Below, one piece after another: positions 11,427-23,157 of a stretch of DNA of 64,000 nt; position 1 is the stretch's first letter, and every line of letters starts with the position of its first letter. The DNA comes from Centroscyllium fabricii (taxonomy: Eukaryota). The position numbers and the translations under genes were made by a program. The stretch spans positions 379,750,001-379,814,000 of the forward strand of contig JBNRSN020000001.1 in the NCBI GenBank assembly GCA_051313645.2. Reading direction: 5' to 3'. The notes under the pieces were generated by a model that was not told where the DNA came from, searched no databases, and saw nothing but the letters and a program-made list of their open reading frames with translations.

Positions 11427-12255
11427 GGGCCCTATTTTCCTGTGTGCCGGTTAGTGCGTGCGCTAGGACCCTGGGGACTCCTAATCGCACGCACCAACAT
11501 TGCACAGAAGTTTCAACGTCAATTTCCTCCCCGTTCCTGTGCTGCGTGGCAGTCCAGCCACGCTAGGTGCGCAGTGTAAGCCCCGCCCACAGATCCCAAA
11601 TTTAAATAAAAAACGCCCCCCAGATCCCTAATTTAAATAAACAGATCCCGAGTCGGACCTTTGTGAGAGCAGGGAAGTGCGGAGCTGCACTCACAGACTC
11701 GGTGGAGGAGCAGCGCGGGCACAGCAGCTTCTCAGAGGAAGAAACGGAAGGTAAGTCTCCCATTTTGTCCTCTTAGATTTTTTAATACCTAGAGAGTTAA
11801 AATTTCAGAAATTTAACTTTAAAAATTAGCGATTTGAAACAGGTAAATTAACTTAAAATCGGATTTGTAATTTTTTTTTTTAAACTTTAACTTAAAAATT
11901 TAACGCTACCGATCTGGCCACACTACTCCCAAAAACTGTAAAAAATTACAATTCAAGTTAGAAAATTAACTTACCTGCTTCAGTAACTAAATCTTCTCCC
12001 TCACGCATGAGTTTACTACTCGTTTTTAAATGTGCAGCTTGTGAGCCAGTTGCACACAGAATCACTCTCCAAAAATCACCGTTCTGACAGGAAATCGTCA
12101 GTGCAAGGTCTTCCTGCGTTGGAAGCTGACGGGCCTTGCCCATCAGCACAGGAAATTACCGTTCGTGGGCATTCCCCGTGCTGCACACCCACGGGGCATT
12201 TCTGACCACCCTTCGTGAGTGTGCAGCTCCTCTGGAGCACAGGAAAACAGGGCCC
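11427..12255. mobile_element. MITE with PIF/Harbinger-like TIRs
   Basis: TIR GGGCCCTATTTTCCTGTG vs (rc) GGGCCCTGTTTTCCTGTG, 17/18 match; A/T-rich flanks; no coding capacity. Confidence 0.8.
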
Positions 12256-12439
12256 ATTATGTTTTCATAATTATAACTTGAAAATTCAGGTGATTTTGTG
12301 TTCACTCGCAGATTGTGTTATGCTATATCAGAAGCCAATAATTTCTCTTTGATTGTCGAGTGCGTTTACAGACAACTAATCCCATAGATGCCAGTTAACA
12401 AGCAGCAGTGAGGATGGTATTGTAAAAAATGATAGCTTT

Positions 12440-12760
12440 TCTTACTAGCTCAAATGTCCCACATCCTCCAGTGCTCTGACTCCAGTCTCCTGTGCACCTC
12501 GCCTTCCCTCTGCTCATCTTTAGTGGCAGACTGTTCGGTGGCCTCAGCTCTACTCTTTGAACTGCCTCCCCAAATCCCTCTGCCTCTGTCCCTCGCAACC
12601 TCCCTTTCCCCCTTCTCAAAACCTATCATTTCAATCATACGTTCAGCCACCTCTTCTAAACATCCCACAAATGTTTGGCACCTTTTCCTTTTCTCTTCTG
12701 TGAAGTACCTTGGGAAGTTTTTCTATGTTAAAGGAGCTATATAAATGCAAGTTGTTGTTA
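12440..12760 (+). mobile_element. Old L2-type LINE 3' fragment
   Basis: Ends ...GTTAAAGGAGCTATATAAATGCAAGTTGTTGTT, a typical L2 tail. Confidence 0.6.
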
Positions 12761-14248
12761 TGTACAAATATTGCATCTGGTACTCAATCTATTATGGCAC
12801 TCTATTGAACGAGGAGTTACAAAATTGACATTACTGTAAACTTAAGTTCTTTTCTGCACCCTAAGCATTATGCTTATTTACTATTGATGGAAACTCCAAT
12901 TGGAAATTGCATTTCTTTTCAAGGAGGTTCCTGTAAAGAAGGCTCATTTGTATGATGTCAATGATCATCAAACATTTATTTGCGTTTGGGGGAAAAAAGA
13001 GAGGGAGTGTGTGAGGTATGCAACAACATAGATACACAAGACTCACACATGTACAAACACACACAGAGTGAGGGAGTTAGCACAAGAGTTACTGTAAATG
13101 AAATTTAGACATGCAGAATGATCTCTCTCACATATAAAATAGTTTTACTAGTTTCCTTGTTCAGCTTTGCTTTAAAAATAAAAAAACATTTTTTAACAGT
13201 CCCATGCTTTGTGGTGTCAGCAGACAATGAAATCGACTAAAGAATGACAGCTCTTCAGGTACTTGTGCTTTATATGTCAGGCCAGCGGTATAATATATTC
13301 AGACATATGCAAATATGTATGTAATATATGCATAGTCTCTTACATGCCATGTATTGTCAAGATTTTTTACAGAGAACTTTTATAGGAGGATTTCAAAAGA
13401 ATTTTTGGATGCTAAAAGATACCTCAAGCACAATGTTATTGTTGTTTAAGCCTTCATATACCTAATCACAACATTTCTCCTCAAAAATAATGTTAAACTG
13501 ACGGCTGGTCACTTTAGCCCAAATGTACAATAATGTGCTGGTCCTCTGACTGGCCTCCAGTGAATGGAGGACTCATCAAAAGTTATTGATTAGTAATGAA
13601 CCATGTTAACCACTCAAGCATTTAACTTTAATTCAAGATAAAAGAAAACAAATAATGTTTGGTACCTTCTGCTTTTAGCAGAAATGGTAACATGAAAATA
13701 TTTCAATTTTTTGTTTTTTAGCCAATGGTGTTACATTAATGGAATTGCTGGGAGGTGATAAAGTACGAGTGTGTCAGATTTTGACTATTTAATGTACAGG
13801 CTTTGGATATTTAGTTTGCAAATCTTGTTGAAAGTATGTTTATTCTGTCAAATATAGACTTTGGATTTCTTTCTATATTAAAGCACAATAAGTGTTTGAA
13901 CCTTATTCTGTGTAAAGCAGGATCTGGATTTTTTTTCTACCACAAATTTACTGAGTATGCTAATCTAAATCCACACGGTCCTGATTCTTAAAAACAATTG
14001 GGTCCTTTTCTGTTATTTTTCACTGGAGTGCTGCTGTGATAAAACTACAATGAAGACTTATATTGTTTCAAAGCAGGCATTAGCACAGCAGGGTGCCTAC
14101 ATCCAGCACTGTGAGAGGACAAGCTCAGGTGAACACATCACCTTGCCTAGTGTACCAGCTAAATTCTATGAATTTTTACAACCTTTCTGGCCTTTGTACC
14201 TCTCTGTACCTGAGTACACAAACACAATACATGTTATGGAGTATAAAA

Positions 14249-14430
14249 TAACAACAAAAAATGCTGGAAAAACTCAGCAGGCCAGGCAGCATCGGTGGAG
14301 AGAAATATAGAGTAAACGGTCCCAACCCAAAACATCAACTCTATATTTCTCTCCATCGATGCTGCCTGGCCTGCTGAGTTTTTCCAGCATTTTTTGTTGT
14401 TAGTTTGGATTTCCAGCATCTGCCGTATTG
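14249..14430. repeat. Short inverted repeat of a Penelope-type terminal repeat
   Basis: Arms 14249-14313 and 14338-14402 are near-perfect reverse complements; the same repeat recurs at ~16340, ~31430 and ~42600. Confidence 0.8.
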
Positions 14431-14822
14431 TGCTATCGTACATATTATGGGCGAATCCCTACCATTCTAGGGATTGCAGCTGTTTGTTTCTCCACCAACC
14501 ATATCTACCAAGAGATTCTCAAAAATAGATTTAAACATATTTCAGTTCAGCTGCTTCTTTCTAGGGTGGCAAAAATATACCACAAAGTAACTGTGGCAGT
14601 TCTAATAGTGAGTGATTTTCTTCATTTGTTTGTCATGTTTATTTTGCATCAAAGGATGTGTCATAAAACTATCATCATGTCAGTCAATCATCACAATACT
14701 GAGATGAAAATGGCATGAGTGTTTTGGGTCTTCTTCTCCCTGTAACAAAGGCAAGGCTCCTTTAAACTGGTATGGAAAACAGTGGTGAATACACAGTGGC
14801 TTCTAGTTATACCAGTATCATT

Positions 14823-15775
14823 GATGTGGAGGTGCCGGTGTTGGACTGGGGTGGACAAATTCAAGAAGTCACAAAACACCAGGTTATAGTCCAACAGTTT
14901 TATTTTAAATCACAAGCTTTCGGAGCGCTGCTCCTTCCTCAGGCGAAAGAGAACTTAATTTGAAGACAGCACATGTATACCAGGGAGAGAGCAGTCCAAT
15001 CTCTTCCAATATCACACCTCAGCAGAGACACACAGAGCAGACAAAGGTGTTTCAACATATTTTAACATATTAATCAGGCACCAGTCTGAGATCAATGGGG
15101 CACAGTCACAAAGTGTCAAATGTTGCAGTCTTGTGTCTGTGAAAACACACAGAATGATGGCGAGACCATGCAGACACTGCGACAACGGATGAACGGACAC
15201 CGCACAACAATCACCAGGCTGAAGTGTTCCCTCCCAGTCGGGGAACACTTCAGCAGTGAAGGACATTCAGCCTTCGGGTAAGCATTCTCCAAGGCGGCCT
15301 TCGAGACACACGACAACGCAAAATCGTCGAGCAGAGGCTGATAGCCAAATTCCGCACCCATGAGGCCGGACTCAACCGTGATATTGGCTTCATGTCACTC
15401 TACATGTGACCCCGCCTGACGTAGAGTCATCCAGACTCGAGCCATCTTGGTCTTGTAAGGAAAATCCTTTTTTTTAAATCATTCTGTGTGTTTTCACAGA
15501 CACAAGACTGCAACATTTGACACTTTGTGACTGTGCCCCATTGATCTCAGACTGGTGCCTGATTTATATGTTAAAATATGTTGAAACACCTTTGTCTGCT
15601 CTGTGTGTCTCTGTTGAGGTGTGATATTGGAAGAGATTAGACTGCTCTCTCCCTGGTATATATGTGCTGTCTTCAAATTAACTTCGCTTTCGCCTGAGGA
15701 AGGAGCAGCGCTCCGAAAGCTTGTGATTTAAAATAAAACTGTTGGACTATAACCTGGTGTTGTGTGACTTCTTGC
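14823..15775 (+). mobile_element. Penelope-like element: GIY-YIG C-terminal fragment between inverted pseudo-LTRs
   Basis: Inverted arms 14862-15158 and 15478-15774. The spacer encodes GETMQTLRQRMNGHR...PVGEHF...EQRLIAKFRTHEAGLNRD (15159-15409). 12-bp direct repeat ACCAGTATCATT at 14811-14822 and 15776-15787. Confidence 0.9.
15686..15722 (+). ncRNA. Hammerhead-ribozyme-like core in Penelope pseudo-LTR (mirror copy at ~14914-14945 on minus)
   Basis: CTGAGGA, stem GGAG/CTCC, then GAAA; the stem I and cleavage-triplet geometry is not clean. Confidence 0.55.
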
Positions 15776-16337
15776 ACCAGTATCATTAGCAGCGATGGCT
15801 CTCACCTCTGATTCATTTGAAGTAAAGGATTTAAAATACATTCATCCGGGTTCTTTTGGGTTGTTGGTGTAAGGATAACTGCAGCTGTCGTAAAGACGGC
15901 AGGGGTTTGACTGACGGCTGAAGTCATATCCTGGCGGGAGCCGACGCCATCTTGACCACACTTCAGAGTAGGCTTGGAGTCAATGAGTAAAGACCTAATA
16001 AAAGGAGCTCCAATATAACTTGGTGTTAGACTGCTATTTCGAGCATTCAATTAACATTACAGTTGGTTTTCGTTTTCCTTTGCAATAAGTAAAGATTGAA
16101 TAATGCTGCTGCCATTTGTCTCAGAATGGTACCCCAGCAAGTTAAATAAAGCAAGTGTTTACTTTGTGTTTGTTGAGTTGAGGGATGAGCATGTTGGATG
16201 ATGGAACACATTTTCAGTTTTTGCATCCAGTGCAATTGAACACACAGAAATTAGCATTCTTCAGATAGAAAAGGAGGGCAATGCAGAGTTAAGCTTGCTT
16301 GATCATACTCCAACAAAACTCTTCAACCTTGATGCAA

Positions 16338-16466
16338 TAGCAAAATACTGCGGATGCTGGAAATCCGAAATAACAACAGAAAATGCTGGAGAAACTCAGC
16401 AGGCCAAGCAGCATCGGTGGAGAGAGAAACAGAGTTAACATTTCAGGTTGATGACCTTTCTTCAGA
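16338..16466 (-). mobile_element. Penelope-type terminal repeat fragment with degenerate hammerhead core
   Basis: The minus strand reads CTGAAGAAAGGTCATCAACCTGAAATGTTAACT; homologous to 42577-42680. Confidence 0.65.
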
Positions 16467-17115
16467 CTCTTCAACCTTGAGAGTGTGTTAACTCTGTTAA
16501 GTATAGTTTTCGATCTTTTCTCTATTAAAGTACTAAGCATTTGAACCTTACTCTATGCAAAACAGAATCTAGATTTATTTCCTTGTTAGTAGTCTTCTGT
16601 GTCTGCCCAACTTTTTTCACTAACAATAGTCAAAATCATTAACCACCTAAGGGCAGGGGAATGCTCGAGATCACAGTTTTGATTTCATCTCTTCTGATCT
16701 TTCTTTTTCTCTTTTTATACAGAAATTAGCATTCTTTAGTCTGGTTCTGATTTTCTCCAACAGGCCACCATCAAACAGTAGACTGTGGACTCCAGAGCTG
16801 ATGATCATTGTGCGGTGGCACCCTGTGGTAAACCTGTATTTCACCACTGTATTGTACCACTGTAATGGTACCATAATGCACCACTGTACATATGTAGATA
16901 TCTGTATACAGGAGCTTGCCTCAGCTGACCCACCTCTGACTCCTCCCCTGAGTCCAGGTATATAGGTGATTGCCTACCATCCCCCGGTCAGTACAGACCC
17001 GAGCTCAGCTGAGACACGCTCCATTCTATAGTTAATAAAAGCCTTTAGTTGAGGTAACTATTCATCTTTGTGTCTTAATTGATGATACGTCAATTTTATT
17101 AACTATATTTTGAAC

Positions 17116-18762
17116 ATGGAAAGCAGCGCAGTAAAAGCAGACCGCCTCGATATCAACCCTCAGGCACCAGATATGGCGAACAATTTCGAACATTGGTTTG
17201 GCTGTGTCGAGGCCTACATGAAGGCCATGAAGGCGACCATGCATGCCGTTGAAGAGTCCATCCCCTTCCAGGTGGAAAGCGACGCATCGGACTTTGCCCT
17301 TGCCACCACCCTCAACCAGGTGGGCACGCCCGTAGCGTTCTTCTCCCGGACCCTACAGGGACCCGAAATTCGCCACTCCGCAGTAGAAAAGGAGGCCCAG
17401 GCTATTGTGGAGGCAATGCGCTACTGGCGCCACTACCTGGGCAGTAAGAGATTTACCCTATTCACCGACCAACAGTCGGTGGCATTTATGTTTAACACTA
17501 AACAGCGGGGTAAAATTAAGAATGATAAGATCCTTCGGTGGCGGATCGAGCTCTCGACTTACGAGTACGACATTCTTTACTGGCCAGGTAAGCTCAACGA
17601 GCCCCCGGACGCATTGTCCAGGGGAACGTGCGCCAGCGCCCAGCTTGACCGGCTGCAGGACCTCCACGATCGCCTCTGCCAACGGGTGTCACCAGACTCG
17701 CCCACTTTGTGAAGTCCCGTAGCCTCCCCTACTCCATCTCGGAGATCAAGGCTATGACCAAAGAGTGCCCTGTCTGCACTGAATGCAAACCCCAATTTTA
17801 CAGGCCAGACAGGGCGCACCTCATCAAGGCCACCCACCCCTTCGAGCGCCTGAGTGTGGACTTCAAACGTCCCCTCCCCTCCACTGACCGCAACTCGTCA
17901 TTTCCACACGGTCATCGACGAGTTCTCCCGCTTCCCCTTTGCCTTCCCCTGCCCAGATACGACGAGCGCAATGGTGATCAAACACTTCACCACGCTGTTC
18001 ACCATTTTCGGTCTCACCAGCTACATCCACAGTGACCGGGGGTCATCGTTCATGAGCGATGAACTGCATCAGTTTCTGCTCCAGAAGGGGATTGCCTCGA
18101 GCAGAACGACCAGTTACAACCCCCGCGGGAACGGCCAGGTAGAAAGGGAGGACGGGACGATCTGGAGGGTGGTCATCCTGGCCCTGAAGTCCAGAGGCCT
18201 TCCAGTATCCCGTTGGCAGCAGGTCATCCCCGACGCGCTCCATCCCATCCGCTCTCTGCTGTGTACCGCTACCAATGCCACACCTCACGAACAATTGTTT
18301 TCCTTCCCCAGGAAATCGACTTCAGGGACAGCGCTCCCGCTGTGGCTGACCACCCTGGGGCCAGTCTTGCTTAGGAAGCATGTCTGCAGCTACAAGACGG
18401 ACCCTCTGGTGGAACGGGTGCACCTGCTCCACGCCAACCCGCAATATGCGTACGTGACATACCCGGACGGGCGCGAAGACACAGTCTCAATCAGGGACCT
18501 GGCGCCCGCTGGGACCACGATCACTGAACCCCCAGTTGAGCCTCAGCTCCACCAGCCACCACCCACCGAACACTGGCCCCCATACACACACACACTGGGG
18601 CCCTCGACATCAACAGCCGACGAACAGAGGTCGGACATCGCACCGCTGCCACCATTGGCGGATGACACGACCCCGACCCCGCGACCAGAACCACCATCAC
18701 CGGCACCCCGTCAGTCCCTCAGGAAGACACGACCACCCGAGAGTCTGATCACAGAATGTTAA
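17116..18762 (+). pseudogene. Element C: gag N-terminus fused to RNase H, followed by frameshifted integrase
   Basis: MESSAVKADRLDINPQ...HWFGC joins VESDASD (RNase H) and KIKNDKILRWRIELS. Integrase C-x2-C, IHSDRGSSF and YNPRGNGQVER follow. No protease or RT. Confidence 0.88.
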
Positions 18763-18883
18763 ATTGCCAACTGTGTTAACGCATGTTCACCCCGCCGGAC
18801 TCATTTTTAAAGAAGGGGTGAATATGGTAAACCTGTATTTCACCACCGTATTGTACCACTGTAATGGTACCATAATGCACCAC

Positions 18884-19128
18884 TGTGGTGGCACGCCCAC
18901 TGGGACATCGAATCCACCACGGGGACTCCGCGGAGCAGAGCCCCGCTCATCCGGGTGACGCGACGACGTCATCACGTCGGCCGACGCGCTGACGTCACCA
19001 ACCGCGGGACCATTTAAATATGCCTGTCTCGAGTGGTTCACTCTCTTTCTTGTTTTGTACTAGTTGATTAAAGCTGTGTTTTCTCTAGCTCTGGCTCACG
19101 TGTGGTTCCTAGGCCTGCCGGCGCTACA
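18884..19128 (+). mobile_element. Solo LTR related to element B, inserted in the 3' LTR of element C
   Basis: 245 bp, TGTGG...CTACA, same length and termini as the element B LTR. 4-bp TSD CCAC at 18880-18883 and 19129-19132. Confidence 0.93.
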
Positions 19129-22100
19129 CCACTGTACATATGTAAATATCGGTATACAGGAGCCTGCCTCAGCTCACCCACCTCTGACTCCTCCCCGGAG
19201 TCCAGGTATATAGGTGATTGCCTACCATCCCCCGGTCAGTACAGACCCGAGCTCAGCTGAGACACGCTCCATTCTATAGTTAATAAAAGCCTTTAGTTGA
19301 GGTAACTATTCGTCTTTGCGTCTTAATTGATGATACGTCACACCCCTAAGCCACTCAGAATTCTCAATTTATACTGCATCCTTGATTCAGATCTGGATTC
19401 TGCCTCTTTCTCTGCTGTAGTTAGTGTCCTTACGCACTATTTACGATTTCAATTGGACCCTGTTTTGAATGTAGTCGTCTCAATTGAATCTAATAATGCC
19501 AAACTGTTGAAATTACCTTTGCCTTAAACAAGGACACACGATGGCGGATATCAGATGTCAAATCCGAAACGTGTGCCAGGACTTGCTGCTGGGAATAGGT
19601 GAGCAACAGCTCAGATCCAACTGCTAACAGCCGTCAGAGTTAAACTCATTTATATCAGAGCTGATTTTAATCTGTCAAGTAGTAGGGTTTAAATCAAAGC
19701 TGACATCAAAGTAAAGTAATTTGCAAAGTTGAGACATTTGTGTTTTGACTTGGAACAGTTGCAGATTTGGAATGAATCAGAATTTAAAGCTGTGATATAA
19801 ACGCAGTTGGAACTGGCTATTATTTTTCACTGGAGCAGAGCCAGACTGAACTGAAGTTATTTGCAATCCACACAGTAGCTTTCTAATTCCCTATAATAGC
19901 TCCACATAGAAAACATTCATTTGTCTTAATCCACAAAGTCCAGTTTGTTAACCAGCTGTGACAGGCCTTTGGTGCTGCTGCCCTTGTAACTTTTTTTCTT
20001 GCGTGTGTTTAGTGTCTTTTGAGACATATCCCTTTTAGTTTTGGCCTTGTGATTTCTGCTTTTCTCAAATATTTTGCTTTTATCTTCTCTTTCTGTTGTT
20101 TTCTTTCCCCAACAGCACGCACGATTCCCTGCCTGAAAGAATAGACAGGCTACCTGCTATCAGGCTGCTCTTTAATTGACTGCTGTGCGAGAGTGGTGTG
20201 GGGTAAATTGGCTGCTGATTTTTTCCCCTCCCTGTGGGGAACCGGTTATCCTGCACTTGGCACCTTGCCCTAACAGCCCAGCTGAGATCAGAAACATACC
20301 ATGTGGGGAATTGTGGGCACAAACCAACATCCTGTCATTTCATGGTACAATGTTCACACCAACATGTGCTGAACCAATGGACCTGTATATCTTTCTCTTG
20401 TAAGTATTTTCCTTTCCACTCCCTCTTATATTTGGGGCCCAAGAGATTTCATATTTCCTCCAGATGAGAGGGCAGAGCTATCCAAGCTGTCAGCTTATCC
20501 ACAATCTGCTACCCCAAGTGGCACTTCAAGATCAGCCAGTAGAGAGATGCCCATTTATTCAATGTCATGTGGCCTGTGCCTAGTGGTTCCCAGTCAGTGG
20601 TTCATGTTTTAAATGAACCACTTCCAGGTGATGCATCGTAATTAGACACTAAAAGCTACCAAATTCATTAGCAATCAAATATAATCCAAAACGTGCCTGC
20701 GACATAGTCACACTAATGGTGGTACCAGATGTAATCTCTGCAAGCAGTCAAAACCAAGCTTCTTCCCCGCACTCTGCTCTGCTGCACAACTTCAGCTTCT
20801 GAGATCCAAACTGTGGAAGAAAGCTACGCAGTAACCTTATTGTCTTATCTCATAGTACTACCCCCAGCCAGAGTGATAGAAGCGCTTGAGAAATGTTTAG
20901 ATACCGTTAACCCTATAGTGCTGTCATACCAGCAGTGCCAACTTCTGCAGCAGAGTTATGAAGTAATTGAAGTGCTGCAGGTGCTTCTGGAGGCATCGAG
21001 ATCCATTTGAATGGTTGGTTTCACCATCATCTCAGAGGCACCAGCACCTCAACAGCAAATATAAACATTGCCTCTGGGTACAGGGCAGTTCCCATTCCTT
21101 TAAGCTGTGGACAAGGCTCAGTCTATCTGACAGGAGGTTTCTCCATTGCCGATGCGCACAGATCTCTCCCTTCCCCAGCCCCAACGGAATATCCAGTGCC
21201 CAGAACAAAGTGATGAAACATGACTTTCAAATAACCACATAAAAAACAATTGTTTATCTATTGCTTGGAAACCATGGAACCTTTTTTTTAAACATTCATG
21301 GGACGTGGGTGTTGCTGGCAAGGCCAGCATTTATTGCCCATCCCTAATTGCCATTGAGAAGGTGGTGGTGAGCCGCCTTCTTGAACTGCTGTTGTCCATG
21401 TGGTGAAGGTACTCCAGCAGTGCTGTTAGGGAGGGAGTTCCAGGATTGTGACCCAGTGACAATGAAGGAACAGCGATATATTTCCAGGTCAGGATGATGA
21501 GCAACTTGGAGGGGAACTTGGAGGTGGTGGTGTTCCTATGCGCCTGCTGCCCTTGTCCTTCTAGGTGGTAGAGGTCGTGGGTTTGGGAGGAGCTGCCAAA
21601 GAAGCCTTGGTGAAATGCTGCAGTGCATCTTGCAGATGGTACACATAGCAGCCACGGTACGCTGATGGTGGAGGGAGTGAATGTTTAAGATGGTGGATGG
21701 GGTGCCAATCAAGCGGGCTGCTTTGTCTTGCATGGTGTCGAGCTTCTTGAGTGTTGTTGGAGCTGCACTCATCCAGGCAAGTGGAAAGTATTCTATCACA
21801 CGCCTCATCAATGGGAGTCAGGGAGCAAATGCTCCACTGGCTGGAGTCATACCTAGCACAAAAGAAGATGGTTGTGGTGGTTGAAGGTCAATCATCACAG
21901 TCCCAGGACATCGCTGCAGGAGTTCCTCAGGGCAGTGTCCTAGGCCCAATCATCTTCAGCTGCTTTGTCCTGTATGGTGTCGAGCTTCTTGAGTGTTGTT
22001 GCAGCTGCACTCATCCAGGCAAGTGGAGAGTATTCCATCACACTCCTTACTTGTGCCTTTTAGATAGTGGAATGGCTTTGTGGAGTCAGGAGGTGAGACA

Positions 22101-22835
22101 CTCACCACAGAATACCCAGCCTCCGACCTGCTCTTGGTGCCACAGAATTTATGTGGCTGGTCCAGTTATGTTTCTGGTCAATGGTGACCTGCCCCAGGAT
22201 ATTGGTGGTGGGGGATTTGGCGATGGTAATGCCGTTGAATGTCATGGGGCGGTGGTTATATGCTCGCTTGTTGAAGATAGTCATTGCCTGGCACTTGTGT
22301 GGCATGAATATTACCTGCCACTTATCAGCGCAAGCCAGGTCTTCCTGCATGTGGGCATGGACTGCTTCATTATCTGAAGAGTTGGAAATGGCACTGAACA
22401 CTGTGCAGTCATCAGCAAACATCCCCCCTGCTGACCTTATGATGGAGGGAAGGTCATTGATGAAGCAGCTTAAGATAGTTGGGCCTAGGACGCTACCCTG
22501 AGGTTCTCCTGCAGTGATGTCTTGGGGCTCCAACACCACAACCATCTTCCTTTGTGCTAGGACAGCCATTGGACAGTTTTCCCCCCGATTCCCATTAACT
22601 TCAGTTTTACTAGGGCTCCTTGATACCACACTCGGTCAAATGCTGCCTTGATGTCAAGGGCAGTCACTCTCACCTCATCTCTGGAATTCAGCACTTTTCT
22701 GCATGTTTCGACCAAGGCTGTAATGAGGCCTGGAGCCGAGTGGTCCTGGCGGAACCCAAACTGGGCATCAGTGAACAGGTTATTGGTGAATAAGTGTTGC
22801 TTGATAACCCTGTTGATGACACCTTCCATCACTTT

Positions 22836-23157
22836 CATAGGATCATATAATCATAGATCCCTACAGTGCAGATAGAGGCCATTTCAGCCCATCGAGCCTG
22901 CACCGACACATATCCCACCCTATCCCCGCAACCCCACATATTTAATCCCCCTAACACAAAGGGTCAATTTATCATGGCCAATCAACCCAACCCGCACATC
23001 TTTGGACTGTTGGGAGGAAACCGGAGCACCCGAACGAAACCCACGCAGACACGGGGAGAATGTGCAAACTCCACACAGATTGTCACCCGAGGCCGGATTT
23101 GAACCTAGGCCCCTAGCGCTGTGAGGCAACAGTGCTAACCACTATGCCACCATGCCG
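22836..23157 (-). mobile_element. Full-length HE1-like V-SINE
   Basis: tRNA-like head (TGGCATAGTGG A box, GGTTCAAATCC B box), V-domain core, CATAG-type tail, and TSD CACTTT at 22830-22835 and 23158-23163. Confidence 0.88.

Larger units (their letters stand above)
16824..19340 (+). mobile_element. Internally deleted Ty3/Gypsy element (element C), non-autonomous
   Basis: LTRs 16824-17092 and 18823-19340 (the latter interrupted), about 9 differences by eye. 5-bp TSD CACCC at 16819-16823 and 19341-19345. PPT AAAGAAGGGGTGAA at 18809-18822. Confidence 0.93.

Noticed and set aside
20800-21245. Short ORFs that look vaguely coding
   Set aside because: Multiple stops, no recognisable motif and no splice pattern; at most an unidentifiable decayed repeat.
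23085-23157. tRNA gene
   Set aside because: It is the tRNA-derived head of a SINE, contiguous with the V-domain and tail; the same applies to 26865-26943.
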